IMG/VR virus record: IMGVR_UViG_3300027974_000025 | DNA from: a virus | Taxonomy: Duplodnaviria; Heunggongvirae; Uroviricota; Caudoviricetes | Reading direction: 5' to 3' (one strand) | DNA length: 39,959 nt | Shown here: piece by piece, positions 38,642 to 39,959 of the stretch | How the letters are laid out: every line of letters begins with the position of its first letter | How positions within the stretch are numbered: the stretch's first letter is position 1 | Position numbers and translations under genes: made by a program | The notes under the pieces: generated by a model | Seen by the model: the letters and a program-made list of their open reading frames with translations, nothing else | What the model was told of the DNA's origin: nothing | Databases searched by the model: none

Positions 38642-38770
38642 ATGGCAAAAGCAAAAGGAGGAACAGCCTCTACAAAACTAACATTTGGAAAACGCAAGGG
38701 TGGAAAGGCTAGTAAAACTAAAGGTCCTAAAGACAAGGCAACTAAACCTTACAACAGACAGGGCAGATAA
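38642..38770 (+). CDS. 42-aa very basic peptide (not in ORF track)
   Basis: MAKAKGGTASTKLTFGKRKGGKASKTKGPKDKATKPYNRQGR: 11 K, 3 R, 1 D. Starts 6 nt after the endolysin stop, with an AT-rich leader. Confidence 0.65.
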   Translation: MAKAKGGTASTKLTFGKRKGGKASKTKGPKDKATKPYNRQGR

Positions 38771-38825
38771 TAACTAAAAAAGTTAAAACACTTATAACTA
38801 AAATTGTTATTGTAAATTATTGACT

Positions 38826-38859
38826 CTCATTGTTAATAGTAAAAAGTAACATACCTTTG
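38826..38859 (+). promoter_or_regulatory. Bacteroidota-type promoter
   Basis: CTCATTG (38826-38832)-N19-TACCTTTG (38852-38859), 19 nt before the ATG at 38879. Confidence 0.62.
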
Positions 38860-38878
38860 GGAATTAATTTTCAATACT

Positions 38879-39448
38879 ATGGCTATACCAAGCAGACAGA
38901 TAGGATGGGGAACAGAAGAAAACCTTTTATGGCAGATATCTAAACAGATGGAAGCATTGACTGGTGTAACAAGTAATATACCAGCTCCACTATCTCTTTA
39001 TTCAGGCACTTTTTTTGATGTTACCACTCAAAACAATGGTGGTGCAACTACAGCTAACCAAGTATTAATAGCGTCAACACAAGCTGCTAATGGGTTTACA
39101 TTGACTAGTAATAGAGTGAATGTTATTAATTCAGGTGTATATTATATAGACCTTGCTCTCCAACTTACATTTACTGGTGGAGCATCAAGCTATAATGTAA
39201 CTGTTTGGTATACAATAAATGATGCAATTGTACCTAATTCTGCATTTACATTCACTACAACTGGAGCACAAAATGATCAAACTTTAGCACATTTATCAGA
39301 TACAATTGCATTAACTGCTGGACAATATATTAAATTCTATTGGTGGTCACCAGCTACAGGTATGAAGCTTTTAGCAACTGCTGCTGGTAGTAACCCAACT
39401 AGACCTTTATCACCATCTGTTAATTTTAATATATTTAACATAGGATAA
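38879..39448 (+). CDS. Virion decoration/fibre-tip protein: ~30-aa N-terminal module plus C1q/TNF/BclA-CTD-like jelly-roll domain
   Basis: 189 aa. NRVNVINSGVYYIDLALQL...VWYTIN...IALTAGQYIKFYW fits the strand pattern of C1q-like domains. Confidence 0.6.
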   Translation: MAIPSRQIGWGTEENLLWQISKQMEALTGVTSNIPAPLSLYSGTFFDVTTQNNGGATTANQVLIASTQAANGFTLTSNRVNVINSGVYYIDLALQLTFTGGASSYNVTVWYTINDAIVPNSAFTFTTTGAQNDQTLAHLSDTIALTAGQYIKFYWWSPATGMKLLATAAGSNPTRPLSPSVNFNIFNIG

Positions 39449-39450
39449 TC

Positions 39451-39594
39451 ATGGCAATACCTTCTCAACAAATAGGCTGGAGCCAAAAGGCTAAACTACT
39501 TTGGCAGATATCTAAGCAATTAGAAGCTTTAACAGGAGTGATGGGTAGGAATATTCCTGCTACCACCACTACAACAACTACAGCTACTCCTTAA
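39451..39594 (+). CDS. 47-aa peptide: copy of the preceding gene's N-terminal module plus a Thr tail (not in ORF track)
   Basis: MAIPSQQIGWSQKAKLLWQISKQLEALTGVMGRNIPATTTTTTTATP, compared with MAIPSRQIGWGTEENLLWQISKQMEALTGVTSNIPA at 38879. Confidence 0.8.
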   Translation: MAIPSQQIGWSQKAKLLWQISKQLEALTGVMGRNIPATTTTTTTATP

Positions 39595-39621
39595 TAAAGA
39601 GAAAACCAACAAACTACATAT

Positions 39622-39959
39622 ATGAAGGATCTTAAATTTATCTGTGCCCAGCCAGATGATGTATACTACACATGGCAGGTACATCTATGGTTGGAAAGCT
39701 TGAAGAAGCTTGGACACTCAGACAAAGCAATTGTTTTAGTGTATACACCTAGTTTTAGAGAATACAATGGCAAGTGGGAAAAGATCATGGAACTGTATCC
39801 TGAAGCAAAGTTTGCTTTCTACAAGGATTCAGGAGATGTAAGTCAGTATTTAGGAGTTTATATTCCTATTCTACGTCCTTATTGCTTAATGAGATATTTC
39901 CAGGACAATCCTGATATGGTCACCAAAGCAGTGTTTTACTGTGACTGTGACGTAATCTT
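39622..39959 (+). CDS. GT-A glycosyltransferase, N-terminal part (truncated by the window edge); resembles peptide O-glycosyltransferases (plant SERGT/HPAT type)
   Basis: MKDLKFICAQPDDVYYTWQVHLWLESLKKLG...YIPILRPYCLMRYF...VFYCDCDVI; DxD at nt 39943-39951; open to the window end; not in the ORF track. Confidence 0.6.
   Translation, partial: MKDLKFICAQPDDVYYTWQVHLWLESLKKLGHSDKAIVLVYTPSFREYNGKWEKIMELYPEAKFAFYKDSGDVSQYLGVYIPILRPYCLMRYFQDNPDMVTKAVFYCDCDVI

Noticed and set aside
1-39959. Stop-codon reassignment, as in some crAss-like phages
   Set aside because: Genes are long and tightly packed under the standard code. TAA dominates, but TAG (31690 gene) and TGA (35573, 37352, 38165) end complete-looking, coupled genes.
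1-39959. DGR template repeat, reverse transcriptase or Avd in this window
   Set aside because: No second copy of GCGTGG...GTTCGCGCC was found on either strand by eye, and no ORF with RT motifs. An automated search is still needed to confirm the absence.
1-39959. tRNA, rRNA, integrase, transposon, intron or intein
   Set aside because: Intergenic gaps are at most about 150 nt and AT-rich with no cloverleaf seen, and no recombinase, homing-endonuclease or splice motifs were recognised. Inteins in the giant proteins cannot be fully excluded without an HMM search.

Overview
This window is part of a dsDNA tailed phage genome of the crAss-like type. The host is inferred to be Bacteroidota, from repeated TTTG-N19/20-TAnnTTTG promoters and AT-rich leaders without a Shine-Dalgarno site; the standard genetic code applies. 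Gene order: (1) giant virion cargo proteins, namely a 3655-aa protein carrying the crAss/phi14:2-type single-chain RNA polymerase (GFRIP...GSDFDIDK) and a 1669-aa protein with a PD-(D/E)xK nuclease domain; (2) a block of about 12 kb of fibre/adhesin genes, including two proline-free (Gly-Thr/Ser-Ser)n collagen-like proteins, a repeat-laden propeller-like protein and three Gly-rich paralogues; (3) a convergent 7-gene glycosylation operon (Aah/TibC-like protein O-glycosyltransferase, GT4, GT2, GT9-like, a multi-domain GT, a paralogous GT-like protein and a methyltransferase); (4) a lysis cassette; (5) small structural genes and a truncated GT-A enzyme resembling plant peptide O-glycosyltransferases. 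There are two main hypotheses. First, the phage encodes its own protein O-glycosylation system acting on its Ser/Thr-rich fibres. Second, a DGR-type variable region (A-to-N mutagenesis signature, CpG-rich) sits inside a C-type-lectin/DUF1566 domain inserted in the middle of the large fibre, with no template repeat or reverse transcriptase seen in this window. All family assignments come from recognising motifs by eye; no database searches were run.
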